Shown here: in pieces, positions 43,303 to 55,879 of the stretch
How positions within the stretch are numbered: the stretch's first letter is position 1
How the letters are laid out: every line of letters begins with the position of its first letter
Assembly: GCF_009914755.1 (NCBI RefSeq)
Contig: NC_060926.1
DNA: 64,000 nt
Strand: one strand, 5' to 3'
Origin: the human T2T-CHM13v2.0 reference genome, Homo sapiens
Made by a program: the position numbers and the translations under genes
The notes under the pieces: generated by a model
What the model saw: only the letters and a program-made list of their open reading frames with translations
The model's database searches: none
Told to the model about the DNA's origin: nothing

Positions 43303-44392
43303 CAGGCAGCGCGCTGCCCCTGCGCATCGCCAGCCCTGACAGACGTGCACCACGGAAGGGACGTGATTGTGGCTGCCTTCTTGGGAGACTCAAATTCTTT
43401 GGATCTGCGCACGATTCCTGGGTCCCATCGGGGATGACTGGAAACCCAGTCTTGACCCATCTCCAGGACCTCTACAGAGGCCTCTCAGGGTCTCCTTCAC
43501 AGAGTGTGCCCGGAGAGAGCTGTTCAGACACATTCCCCATCGAGCCTTCAGGGGCTTGGAGAACAGGTCAGCGGAGTTAGCCCAACTCACGGGCGGGAAG
43601 GCATCCCAGGCAGAGGAAAGGCGCAGGTGCGCACAGGGAGCAGGGCTCAGTGCTGCATGTCAGGCTGCCAGGGCGCAGGAGGAGCCAGTTCGTGCAGGGA
43701 CTTGTGTGCCAGGCTGTGGCACTTGGGCCTTACCTGAGGCCATTGAAAAGCCAAAAAGTAGTCAACAGCAACAACAAAAAGATTTCTGTCTCCCTGAAGA
43801 ACCCCTTTGAAGGGAGCATAAATAGGTGAGGACCATTCAATAGAATTTCCAGTGGCTCAGTAGTTTTTGAGGCAGGCTTTACCAGAGTGTATGAAGTCCT
43901 GAATTGCACACGGAAGAGCAGTAAGAGACCCTAGGAGGATGTGGCGGCCTTTCTATTTCTGGCGTTGGGCTTAAAGCAGGGTTAGATGTGATGAGATTCA
44001 TCTATCAATTAGAGTTCCTTTCTTTTAGAGAGACATCCTGAAGTATTTGCAGATGAAAGGTTGTCTTTCAGGATTTACTTTCAGATTAGGCCCAGGGCAG
44101 GGAGTAGGGCACAGGTGACACAAGGTGGCCCAAGAGTGTCATAACTGGGTGGCAGCACCTTGCTTTTGTGTACATTTAGTATATTCTATATTATTTTAAG
44201 AGAAAGAAAAGAAATGCCACCACTGGTCTACTTAAAAGCATGTACTCTTGGTTCTTTATTTTTCGTGGGATTACATACGTCATTTATTGCAGAAATTAAT
44301 GCTCCTTTCAGGGCTAGTACAGGGATAAGTAAGTTTATCTTGCACAGAAGTGAATGATTAGTCTTGCCTAATTTATTATTCTTTGTTTACAG

Positions 44393-44442
44393 GATCTGAA
44401 AAAGCCTTTTGATAAAGCTTGGAAGGACTATGAAACAAAAAT
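44393..44442 (+). CDS. ASAP2: ASAP2 exon 5, 50 nt, DLKKPFDKAWKDYETK(I)
   Basis: tttacag acceptor, gtgagt donor, phase 0/2. Confidence 0.96.
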
Positions 44443-45004
44443 GTGAGTGTTCTCGTTTTTAAATTTACGTATAGGTAATTTGGGATTTCAAATTTAAACC
44501 AACCTCGTATTGCTTAAAGGGATTGTCCAAATAAACCTTAATCCAGAAAAGAATGTTTATCAGCCATGTTGCTGTGGTTCATTTTGATGACAGATGTGTT
44601 TGGTGATGCTGTCTTCTTCTTCTAATCTGTTTTCTTCTGTTCCTTTGTCTAAGATGTCATAGTGGTTATAGGATGTTATTTTCAGGAAAGTTCATTGAGG
44701 GAAGTTAAGACCAATTTCTCTTAGGAGGTATTTCTTTCTGTTTTTGTTTTTAAACACTTTGTCCATTCCGTTACTGTTTTTGATAGCAGGGCAGTTTTCA
44801 GACTTCATCTTCCTGGTGATTTGTGAAAGCTGCTTAGCTTTGTATCTGTGTTTCTCTGAAATACCAGTTCCCTTGGTTTTAGAAAGAGGGTTCAATACCT
44901 GTCTCCTTCAGATTCATCTGCCAAAAAATAACCTGAAGAATGGAGAATTGATTCTTGGATGTGAACTACGGTTTCTACAAGAAGTAGAATTGGTTTCCTG
45001 ACCC

Positions 45005-45042
45005 GAAGTCAACCAATAGACAAGACTCTGTTGGTTGACTTC
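45005..45042. repeat. Inverted repeat with 16-bp arms and a 6-nt loop
   Basis: gaagtcaaccaataga-caagac-tctgttggttgacttc (one T.G pair). Confidence 0.93.
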
Positions 45043-47225
45043 AGGCAGTTGTAACTTCCCCAATCACAGTTTCTCATCCCTAGAGTAGAGAGAGTCGAGC
45101 TACAGGGAATTGATCAAGCAAGTAATTATGGGGGGAATAATGGCTTCAATTATTTTAAATACTGGAAAGATATGAAATGTGGTGTTTACTTTGTAATCTC
45201 TGTGTCTTGGAGTGCTCTGAATGGAAATAGAAACTTCCATATGAAGCTATCTGTTAAACTAAAAGGTGTTATGAGGAAGTCATTTCAAATCTAAGTACAA
45301 GTATTTCATTAGATTGTTTAAAAAAAAAATAGCTCAGGATATCTTTCCAGTGGTGAAGGATCACAAAGCTCAAATCAGTGAGCCCCACACCTTTGATACT
45401 CCTTCTATCCATGGGAATCTTACATTTCCATACCCGAGGTTGCTTGGCCCCGAGTTCTGGAGTTTCATTGATGGTGTACATTCATTCAGAAGCACAGGCA
45501 GAGTGTTGACTAGAGAACCCTGCAGGTCCATTCAGTCCAGGGAGGCCCCCACCCAGGATCCCTGGTCCGTCAGCATCCTTTATTTGTGTGCCAGTTGGGT
45601 GAAATAAATGGGAAGGGACCAGCGGATTCCTGCTTTGCAGAGGGAAAACCAAGAGTCAGTGGTTTCTGCTTGTCAGCCAGTAAGAGTAATTGAGCCAGGC
45701 CAGGAAGCAGCTTTCCCACTTCACTCAGCCTCCCTTGCTGCCCGTCTCTGTGGCTGATAGGAAATGGTCCTGTGTGTGACTAGACCAAGGGCAGAAAGGG
45801 CTTTCTGAAGAAGAGTGCCTGAGAGAGTCATCTGGTTCTGAAAAGAAAAGGTTTGGAAGAAGGATAACATCAAATTCTGTAAAATCGAGACACACATGGG
45901 TAGGATGGGGACAGAATTCCTCACAAAACCCTAGAATTTAGGAGGAGGGAGCAGCACCCTTTAAACTTGAAGTAATTGTAGGATAAATAAAGGAAATAAT
46001 TCTTTATTAATGTGGGAGATTCATTTATCCCAAGAGGTTTTGTGATATGTAACAACCATAATAGGTTTTAGATGTCTTTAAAATTCCTGGGCAGTAGTCC
46101 CATACCTGATTATTAAGAGAAATGACCAGTGTCTGGACGGTCTCTTGCCTGTGAAGGAGTGTCAGCGACACCTTGGAGTTGTATAATTCTAGTCCCAGGG
46201 ACCCTCCAGTCACACTCCTTTCCGGATGCATAGACTCATTAAACAACAACATCCCTCCCAAAGGGTCTCCTGTGTGTTTATTTTTCACTCATTCACTCCT
46301 TCAAATTATTGAGAACCTACACAGTGCAGGACACACAGAGAAATCACATTTCTTGCCTCTTCTTAAACACTCTAGTCCTCCTTGCCCTAATGACAGGGAG
46401 CCCTCTGGAACCCTGAGTAGCCCATTTCATCACTGGATGCCTTTGAAAGAACATGCTACTTGGGTCTTCTGGTGTCTACTTCAGGCTCTACAGAAAGAGC
46501 TGCTTCCCTTGTCTTCATGGCAGCCCTTTCTGTTTTTTGAGTGCTTTCTGTTGGTTTTGTTTAGTCTCCTTTTCTCCAGAATAAAAACTCACGGCTATTT
46601 CAAGCCCACCTTAGCAGCCACGATTACCCTGGTGGCTCTTCTTTGGATGTGCTCATTGGTCAGTTTTTACCCTGAACTGCACACTCGACATTTAGGTAAT
46701 ACAGGTTAGGCACAAGATGAATGTAGAAAGGATAATTAAGCCGACAGCATGGAAAGGTGGTTGGTCGTCTTCTACAGTGATGAGCGGTGTTGTAGGTCAA
46801 GGCAGAGAGCTGGCCTGGCTTCACTGAGTGAGGAGGTGATGACAGAGACTAGGGAGGAAGTCCAGGAGGAGAAACAGTGGGTAGGGAAGAGTCAGACGGT
46901 GCCCTTGGGTTACTAGAGGGCAGGCAGGCTCTGAATGCTGATGCCAAAGGAGCCCTCCAAGCCCTGTGCAGACTTCCTACCTCCTCTGACCCATACCTGA
47001 CTCAAAGCAGGTGCCTAGGAAATACTTGTTGAGTAAGTGGGAAGACCCGGTTTGACATCTTCGTGAGGACACCCATTTTCCTTTTGAGGGAGTTGAGAGG
47101 CTGCCTGTGCTGAAACGTGTGGTGAGCGTTGGTCTCGCCAGGCTGGGTACTGGGGTGGCTTCAAGGCTGTCCCGTTGAGTTCTGTGCCAACAGGCATCTT
47201 GATGTATCCTTGCTTTCACACGTAG

Positions 47226-47355
47226 AACCAAGATAGAAAAGGAGAAAAAGGAACACGCCAAGCTCCATGGGATGATTCGGACTGAAATAAGCGGAGCGGA
47301 AATTGCCGAAGAGATGGAAAAGGAGAGGCGCTTCTTCCAGCTACAGATGTGCGAG
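47226..47355 (+). CDS. ASAP2: ASAP2 exon 6, 130 nt, (I)TKIEKEKKEHAKLHGMIRTEISGAEIAEEMEKERRFFQLQMCE
   Basis: cgtag acceptor, gtaagg donor, phase 2/0. Confidence 0.97.
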
Positions 47356-48478
47356 GTAAGGCGGTGGTGAAGGCAGGTCCTACAGCCCAGGCTGTGCCGG
47401 CTCTGCCCTCACCTGTGGGAGCATCTCACCGGTACCAGCGGCTTCAGAGAAAACACCACATGCATTGCTGGACTCCCTTTGCCCCTGTGTTGACATTTCT
47501 TTTACTAGGGAAGCGTTAGCCTCCTGGAGGGTAGAATTAGGTTACTTTAACACCAACATTTTCTTAAAAGTAGAGAAAAACCACTAAATGTCTAGAATGT
47601 TCTTTCTGGCCTCACGTACGTACTCTTGCTAAAATATTTATTCCTTGGGTGTATTTAAATGAGATCTCTGAGTTCCCTTGTACCAATGGAGTCAGTGACT
47701 GGCTTGTGGGAGGGTGAGAAGTCAGCTGAAAACAACATACAGCGATGACAGACCATGGCCTGTGTCAGTGTCTGTGAGTGGATGGGAAGTCCAGTCACCT
47801 GTTTTGACTTCCTGCTAGACCTCACCTGCTCAGGCGGGGGCACTCATCTAGCCCGAAGGCCCAGGTGGCCTGGGGAGCGCCTCTCTGCTCCACTCCATTC
47901 CACCCGCAGCCTCAGCCCTTCCCTTAGTGAGGCGGAGACAGCAGGATGGACACTCTCAGAGCATTTCTCTGAGATCAGAGACCATGGATTATGAAGGCCT
48001 TTGCTCACAGATTTTTTATTTTTGTGCCTTGCTTGCCAGGTACGTGTATACAAATGGCACATGGAAACAGCTGCCACCTCTGCCTGGGGTTAATTCCTCC
48101 TGGCAGTGCCAGCGAAGCTCCCTTGCACTGGATGGTATTTGTTTCCCTCTCATAGCAGTGCAAACTTAGGTTTCAAATGTACACAATGTGTGGGTGATGT
48201 TTGTGACAGGCACTGAAACTGGCATTGGCCAGCTCTTAATTCCCTCTGAGCAATCAACAACAAAGCTAATCCAGAAGGCACTTTCTGATTTTGGAATGTA
48301 TGTTTGTTAATTGTAGCAGGAGCTTAACCCTTATAAATACATATATCTTAGAAATGTATTTAAATGAGTTTTTATTCCCAGAGCAGACTCTTAAGTGGTC
48401 AGCAGAGAGGAATCAGTCCCAGGAATCAGGGTGGCAGTTGAAAGTTAAGTCCATTTTGTCTAATGTTAGAATATCTAC

Positions 48479-48861
48479 TTATCTTAGCCTGTTTTCTGTT
48501 GCTATAACTGAATACCTGAGAATGGGTAATTTATAAAGAAAAGAAATTTCCCAGTTCTGGAGGCTGCCAAGTCCAAGGTTGAGGGGCTGCATCTGGTGAG
48601 GACCTTCTTGCTGGTGGGCGCTCTGCAGAGTCCTAAGTCAGTGCAGGACATCACATGGTGGGGGCCTCACAAGAGACAGCCAAACTGGCTTTTTAATAGC
48701 AGACACACTCTTCTCATAATTGTACCACTCCCCCAGTAATCCATGAATGGATTAATCCACTCATGCAGTGACCTCCCAAAGGTTCTACCACTCAACACTG
48801 CTGCATTGGGGACCCAGTTTCCAACATGTGAACTTTTAGGGGACACATTGAAACCATATCA
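48479..48861 (-). mobile_element. MST (B/C-like) MaLR solo LTR
   Basis: tcttagcctgttttctgttgctataactgaatacctgag...ggacacattgaaaccata. Confidence 0.82.
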
Positions 48862-49130
48862 CCACTCCAGCTCTTTTGGTTACTATTTGCACCCTTTTAC
48901 ATTCAACCTGTGAATCTGAAGTGTATCACTTATAGATAATATATATAGCTGGATCATGTTTTTCTTATCAGTTTGACAATCTCTGCCTTTCGATTGGATT
49001 GTTTAATCCATTAACGTTGAATGTTACTATTGATATGATTGGATTTACTTCTGTTATTTTACTTTTTTTTATGTCTGTCTCGTGTCTTTTGCTCCTTGAT
49101 TCCTCCTTTACCGCCTTGTTTTTCATTGAG
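48862..49130 (-). mobile_element. Old L1M fragment
   Basis: ccactccagctcttttggttactatttgc...tgacaatctctgcctt..attggattgtttaatccatt. Confidence 0.6.
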
Positions 49131-50175
49131 AGAATGTTTAGAGATATTCACTAGATGAAAAACAAGCAAATATTTTTAAATATTCACTTGATGAAATGAA
49201 TTCTCAAGATAAAGCCTTTAATTAAACTTAAAGGGTTCTTATAGACAGGAGAATGGATGTTTTTATACACATTTTTTTGTAAACACATATCATGTGTAGT
49301 GTAAGAGGTTGCATTCTCAAAAGAAAAGCACATACCATGTATAATACCACCTTCCTGGCCTACCTCATAGAGTGGCAGAGAAATCAGCGAGACAGCATGA
49401 GACAGGGACTAGGAAACTGCTGTGTGTTATACAAGCACAAAGTATTGGTTTTTGTTTTTGTTTTTCTCAATCCTGCTTCTGTAAGGGTATTGTTTCTAAT
49501 TAAGTACTGTAGTAGCATTTTACAAACAATCAGGGTGAAATTAAGTAGTAGTGTTTTACAAAGAATGAATTTGGAAAGGGGTGTTTGTGTTCAGGTCATG
49601 CTCTTTTTGGTTAGTAAAGTAGACATCTATTTACCTAAACACTTTAAGACTACTTAAAATGCTTACTGAATTTTGACATTCAAGTAGTATGTGAAGGTCA
49701 TAGCCATGACTTGAGGAGTAATTGGTTCCCCACTTGGCTCTGTCGTTGCTTCCTGTGGTATGCACCTTGCACTGGTTACTACTTCTCTTCTGTATCCAGG
49801 TGAATTGATCCTGTGAACTGACTAAGTCATTTATTTTAATGGAAATACACTGTGTAGATGATGCCTCTAAGTCATAGACTTGAGCCATCTTTCGAGCAGT
49901 CCTCAGGTAGTGCTGGGTCCTGGCTCTGCAGAGCTGGCACTTGGAGGGGTCAGGCACTAATGTTTCACAGTTGAGTGAGAGCTGTACTATATGCATGCAT
50001 AAAAGCAGAGGTGGGCTTATCTAACAGTAAACTCACAGTTTTCACAGGAGAAGACATCTGATGAAGAGTGTAGAAGTTGGCCAGATAGTCATGGGCCGTG
50101 AAGGCCTTTCTTTCCATGGGTGAGAAAGATCATTTGAAAAACAGTTCCTTGAGAATCCAACTCTGAAGTGAATTA

Positions 50176-50358
<183 letters not shown>

Positions 50359-50619
50359 TTAAAATTATTTGACTGTTTCCCCAAACTGAAGTTCTCAAGC
50401 TTTAAGTGCTTGCTGTTGTTTAGGTGTTTAAAATTTGAGTTGCCCAGGATCTAATCCAGAAGAGTGGCTTTCAGGCTTTTATTTTAAAGCTATGGAGCCC
50501 TTTCTTCAAAATTCATTTAATAAAGAAATTCAGTATGTCAAATAGGTAGTACAGACCTTCTGTGAGCGGAGAAGGCGTGAGAGATCCTCTGTTGCTGATT
50601 GTAAAAATAGTATATACTT

Positions 50620-51080
50620 TTAAAGAAAATTGGTTAATATAAGAAAATATATATAAAAGGAATTAAAAATCGCCCCCAAATTTTACTTATCCAAAGATAA
50701 CCACTTTGACATTTAAGTAAACATCTTTATATGTCCCTATGTATACATTCAAAAAAAATCGTATAAGTAGATCTTTCGCTGCTGATGCTTTATAACCTAT
50801 TTTCACTCTCTAGTATGTTGATGTCCATGTCAGAAATTTTGGGTTTTATTGGCTTAGTGGCCGCACAGTATTTTCTGTATGGATGCACCATATGTTAATT
50901 TCCCACTCATTAGGTTTGGACTGTTGCCATTGTTTACTTTTATAAACAGGATAGCAGTGTATCTTCTTTTCTGTTCATCTTTGTAAACTTTTGTGGTTAT
51001 CTTCTTAGAATAAATTCCTGGGAGTAGAATTTCTAGGTCAAAATGTACATACGTTTAAAAATTTGATACATTACCAAATA
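50620..51080 (-). mobile_element. Probable L1ME 3' relic
   Basis: cacagtattttctgtatggatgcaccata...taaattcctgggagtagaatttctaggtcaaa. Confidence 0.55.
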
Positions 51081-51928
51081 TTTAATATCAAAAAGAAAGA
51101 GGGAAAGAAGGACCTATAGGTGGTTGTTACAGGCAGAAGGACAATTTGTAGCTTACAGTTTCACAGCAGCTTTCCACCTCCTCCTTGGGCTGCAGAGAGA
51201 CCTCAGCCAGCAACTGAACTTGGGTACCCCTACCCACCCCCGCCCATCCTTTACAGCTGAGAGCCAGGGCATGAATCAGCAGCTTTTCCAGGGGACATTC
51301 CATTTCAGAGATCATCTTCTGACAGCGGAGGGGATGGGGACTCATGAAGTCCTTCTATTTCCTGACACTGGTTTTGTAGCTCCCTGAGGCTTTCTGATAG
51401 CTTCGTGGTCACTAATGAATTCTCCAAGTTAAAAATAGCTTTAATTCATTTCAATTAAACTTTGTTTTTTTCCAACAATCACATTATTTTCCTTGTAAGG
51501 GAAATGTCTCAGGACGAGAGACATGATGCCAAGCATCTCAGCTACAATACGTTAGCAGTTATTGTTCCTAAAGTAAGGGACCTTGGGCAGGAGTGTGTTT
51601 GAGATGGTTAGAAATCCCATTTATTTGAACCATCCATAGTCTTCCATGTAGCTAGAGTGAAGATTTCTCCTAGCAGGCCAGGATAGACTGTCTTATTATT
51701 GGGAGTTTTTGGCACTTCAATATTTAATTATCTGACTGTCAGATAATTCATATGGCCCCAAAATAAAGAAACGGTTACGGAATCCAGGTGATACTAAGTG
51801 TCGATCATGCACTCTACGCATTGTAAAAGATGCCAAAGAAGTAGAAGAAATCATCTCAGTCCTCAGAAGCTCCTTTTAAACTCGTATTCTGCTTACTTCC
51901 ATGACATTTCCTTTTCATTGTTCAACAG

Positions 51929-52014
51929 TATCTGCTGAAGGTCAACGAAATCAAGATTAAAAAGGGAGTAGATTTACTTCAGAATCTGATCAAATACTTT
52001 CATGCCCAATGCAA
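51929..52014 (+). CDS. ASAP2: ASAP2 exon 7, 86 nt, YLLKVNEIKIKKGVDLLQNLIKYFHAQC(N)
   Basis: caacag acceptor, gtaagt donor, phase 0/2. Confidence 0.97.
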
Positions 52015-52121
52015 GTAAGTTCTTCTCTGTTATGTTATCTTAAATGTTTGTTCATGTGTGGCAACTTCTGGTAGATCTATAGATAGCTCATAGGAAATAA
52101 ACACCACTTAGAAGTCTATAG

Positions 52122-52475
52122 TAAAGGGAATGAGGTGCTGACTCATGCGACAACACGGGTAAACATTGAGAACACGTTCAATGAAGGAAGCCAGACACAA
52201 GAGGCCATGTACTGTATGATCCCATTTATTTGGAAGGTCAGGAATAAGTACATCCACAGAGACAGAAAGCAGGTGAGTGATTGCCGCAGCTTGGAGGAAG
52301 AAGGAAATGGGAAATGGCTGCTAACGGGTATAGGGTTTCTTTGTGGGATATTGAAAATATTCCAGAAGTGAGTGCTAATGATTGCACAACTTTGTGAATT
52401 TACTAAAAATCACTTTAAAAGGATGAATTTTATGGCTTTATGGCTTAGGGATTATATCTTAATTAAAAATAAAAG
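52122..52475 (+). mobile_element. L1MB-like 3' end
   Basis: gaagccagacacaagaggcc..tgtatgatcccattta..acagaaagcagg..gattgcacaactttgtgaat. Confidence 0.8.
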
Positions 52476-54327
52476 CATATATACAACATAAAAAATCTGT
52501 AGTAATTGCCAGATATATTTATTTTTGGCTCTTTTTGTAGAGGGACAAACTCATTTGACCTATTCCGCAACTCTCAGATGTTTGTTAAAAGAGAAATGAT
52601 ACGATGTTAATGCAGTGTTTTAAAATAAGAAAACACTTTTATATATTATCCTGTGGAGCCAATGACTGTGATGAGCAAAGGAAGATGTTAGTAGAGGAGA
52701 AGGAGAGGATTCCACGTGCAGGGGCTGCTCAAGTACTCAGCTTTGCCATCTGTGTCAGTACTTCAGTCTGACCCACGTCTCTGACCTGGCTTCTGCTCCT
52801 CGACCCCCAGTCACTGATATAGACAGGCCTCTGGCTCCTTCACTCACCCACCCAACACACATGTCAGGTGCTGGACCAGAGGCGAGAGACACAGTGATGT
52901 ACAGTGCTGGCATAGTTCCTACTCAAAGAGTCAAGTAGGGAAGTTAGACTGAAAGAGACAAATTTCTAATTAGATGTTTACAAAATTGTTTTAAAGTATA
53001 GGAATCTAAGAAAGAATATAATACAGGGACCTGATTTAGATAAAGATTTAGGGTAGAGTTTTTTGTTTTTTGTTTTTCTATTTTGTTCCCTGATACAGTC
53101 TCCAACAGCCAGCACACAGTGCCCGGAACACAGTAGGTACTCGGCTGTTTCTTGAATGAGCTGCAGGCCTCTCTGAGGAGACATGGATCTGAGATCTAAA
53201 GTATGAGTAGGAGCCGGCAGATAAGGAGTGGGGGAAGAACATTCCAGGCAGGGTCTAGGTCTTAAGGCAGGAAAAAGGCCAAGGTGACATAAGCTCAGTG
53301 AAAAAGGAGAGTGGCGTGAAACGAAACTGCATGGAAAAGCCTTAGGGATGTGGATGGCCCCAGACATCTTGCAAAAGTTTTTAGATTTTATCCCAAATAT
53401 GTTGGGAAGCTCTTGAAGAAATTGAAGCAGAGGACCATTTGTATGCACTCCTGTGATCTGCCAGGCGCTATTAGGGGTTTTGGTGATGCAGTAAGGAGGA
53501 AAACAAAGTTCTTGCCTTCACGGACCCTGGGGTCTCATGGGGGAGGCAAGTAGGAAACACGAGCCAATATTTAACTGAGTTTATGAAAAGGCAAAACAGT
53601 GATGGGGAGAGAGACAGTGGTGTTGGTTAGAAGCAGCTTCAGGAAGCTTCTCGGCTGTAACAAGATTACTCTGTGTGTTGTGGAGAAGGAACCAAACAGG
53701 ACAAGGGTGGATGTGGGCAATTGCTTGTGTACACAGCTCCTGTCCCTGTGCAGACCAGAGATGACGATGGCCCAGCTGGCTTCGTGACAGCGGGAGTGGA
53801 AGGTGTGGACTGACAAGAAATCTTTTCCTTGTGGAATTGCCATGCCTGTCTGCTTACCTTCCCAGAGCAGGCTGTGCCACCAGCAGCCTACCTTTGTACA
53901 GAATTGTTTCTTTTCCTAGAAGGCCTCTTTCCTTTGTGCCCTCCCTGTCTTCTGTTCCTCCTAGGACCCAGCTTATGGATCATTCCTGCTTTGCGATGCT
54001 TCTTCCTTTTGGAATTCCTTTTCTTCCTCCTGTGTTGCCACCACACCGTCTGCTTGTCTCCATGATGACATCTTCCTTGTGTCTCTGTGCCACTGAACTA
54101 TATGCTCTTAAGGAAGGGGCCATGCCATTTATTTGTTTTATATCTACAGTGTGTGGCACATTTACCTGGCACGTATTTGCAGCAGTGAATTGCACTGTGG
54201 AATTGAACTGAGCTCTGCTTTGGAATTCTTAATACAGCTTTGATGATGTTGCATTTCTAAAGCACTTGAGGTCAGGCGGCAAAGGAGGATGTGCTGAGTG
54301 GTTCATCCAAAGTTAAAAGAGAGCTTC

Positions 54328-54670
54328 AGCCATTTAAAAAAAAGAAGAGTGAAATCATGTCTTTTGCAGCAATAGGGATAGAACTGAAAGTCATTATCTT
54401 AAGTGAAACAAGCCAGCCGCAGAAAGACAAATATCGCATGTTCCCACTCCTAAGTGGGTGCTAAGAAAGGCATACCCATGGATGTAGAGAGTAGAGTGAC
54501 AGCAGAGTCTCAGGAGGGTGAAGGGAGTGGGGATGATGAGAAATTATTAATACTTAGTAGGTACAATGTATGTTATTCTGGTGATGGATACCCTAAAAGC
54601 CCTAAGTTGACCACCAGGCCTATAACAAAACTGCACTTGTACCCCATGAATTTATATTAAAAAATATAAA
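54328..54670 (+). mobile_element. L1MA/PB-like 3' end
   Basis: cagccatttaaaaa..gaaatcatgtcttttgcagcaa..ttaagtgaaacaagccag..aactgcacttgtaccccatgaattta. Confidence 0.85.
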
Positions 54671-55557
54671 AAGAGAGCTCATCTCTACTTGGTGGAAAAG
54701 ACCTTGCAATTATATAGTTTTCAAGATGAATTATTTTATGGAGACTCAAAATTCTTACTTTGTGATGAGCATGCAAATTACTTCTACAGTTCTTATGTCA
54801 GGCAATTTAGGAAGTGGGTCGCTTCCTTGCTGATATTTTATTTTTAAGAAGAAGCTATTCTGGGATTTCCTTCCCCCGCCCCTTTATTTTGCCCAAACCA
54901 GTCAGTTGGGTAGCAACAGACCACTTGTGGAAAAGTGAAGTAGTTGGCCTTTTATGGACATGATCTCAGTAACCTTTAAAAATATGAATCTTCCATTACT
55001 TCGTTTTTGGATATGAGAGAGAGTGTGTACGCTGCCTGCTCTTCAAATCAGTCAGGCAGCTTTGACTTTCTCAATTCACATTCTGGAGGGTACAACGTGG
55101 AGCTCGAGCAACTCAGCTGCAGAGTAAGAGCTCGCAGCCGTGCGTGTTTCCACGTGTGGGAGCGCCTCTCATTCCCCCACCACACACGCCCAGTTTCCGC
55201 TTCTCGCCCCCAAGGGCACAGCTTTGCCTGCTGGGTGCTGTGCCCTGCTGGGCACACGCGGGCCTCTGCACACTGCTGTGCTCCGCCAGGGTGAAGAGGC
55301 CACTGTGTAAACCAGATTCCAGGGCTCAGGTTTGGCTGTTGACCCTTGGAACTACGTAGATATGCGTTATTTTGCTTTTTCTTCTCGCTTTAAGTGTTCT
55401 TAAAGAATACTTCGTGTTCTTTTATTTTTATTTCATTTAAGGAAGGAATTTTCATCTCTACCTCTTTCCTGGAATATCTTGAAAACTTGTCTTATTAGTC
55501 TTTGCTCCTGAACATTGAAGATCCTGTACTCTAGCGGAATCTAGAAGTAGGGCATTA

Positions 55558-55879
<322 letters not shown>

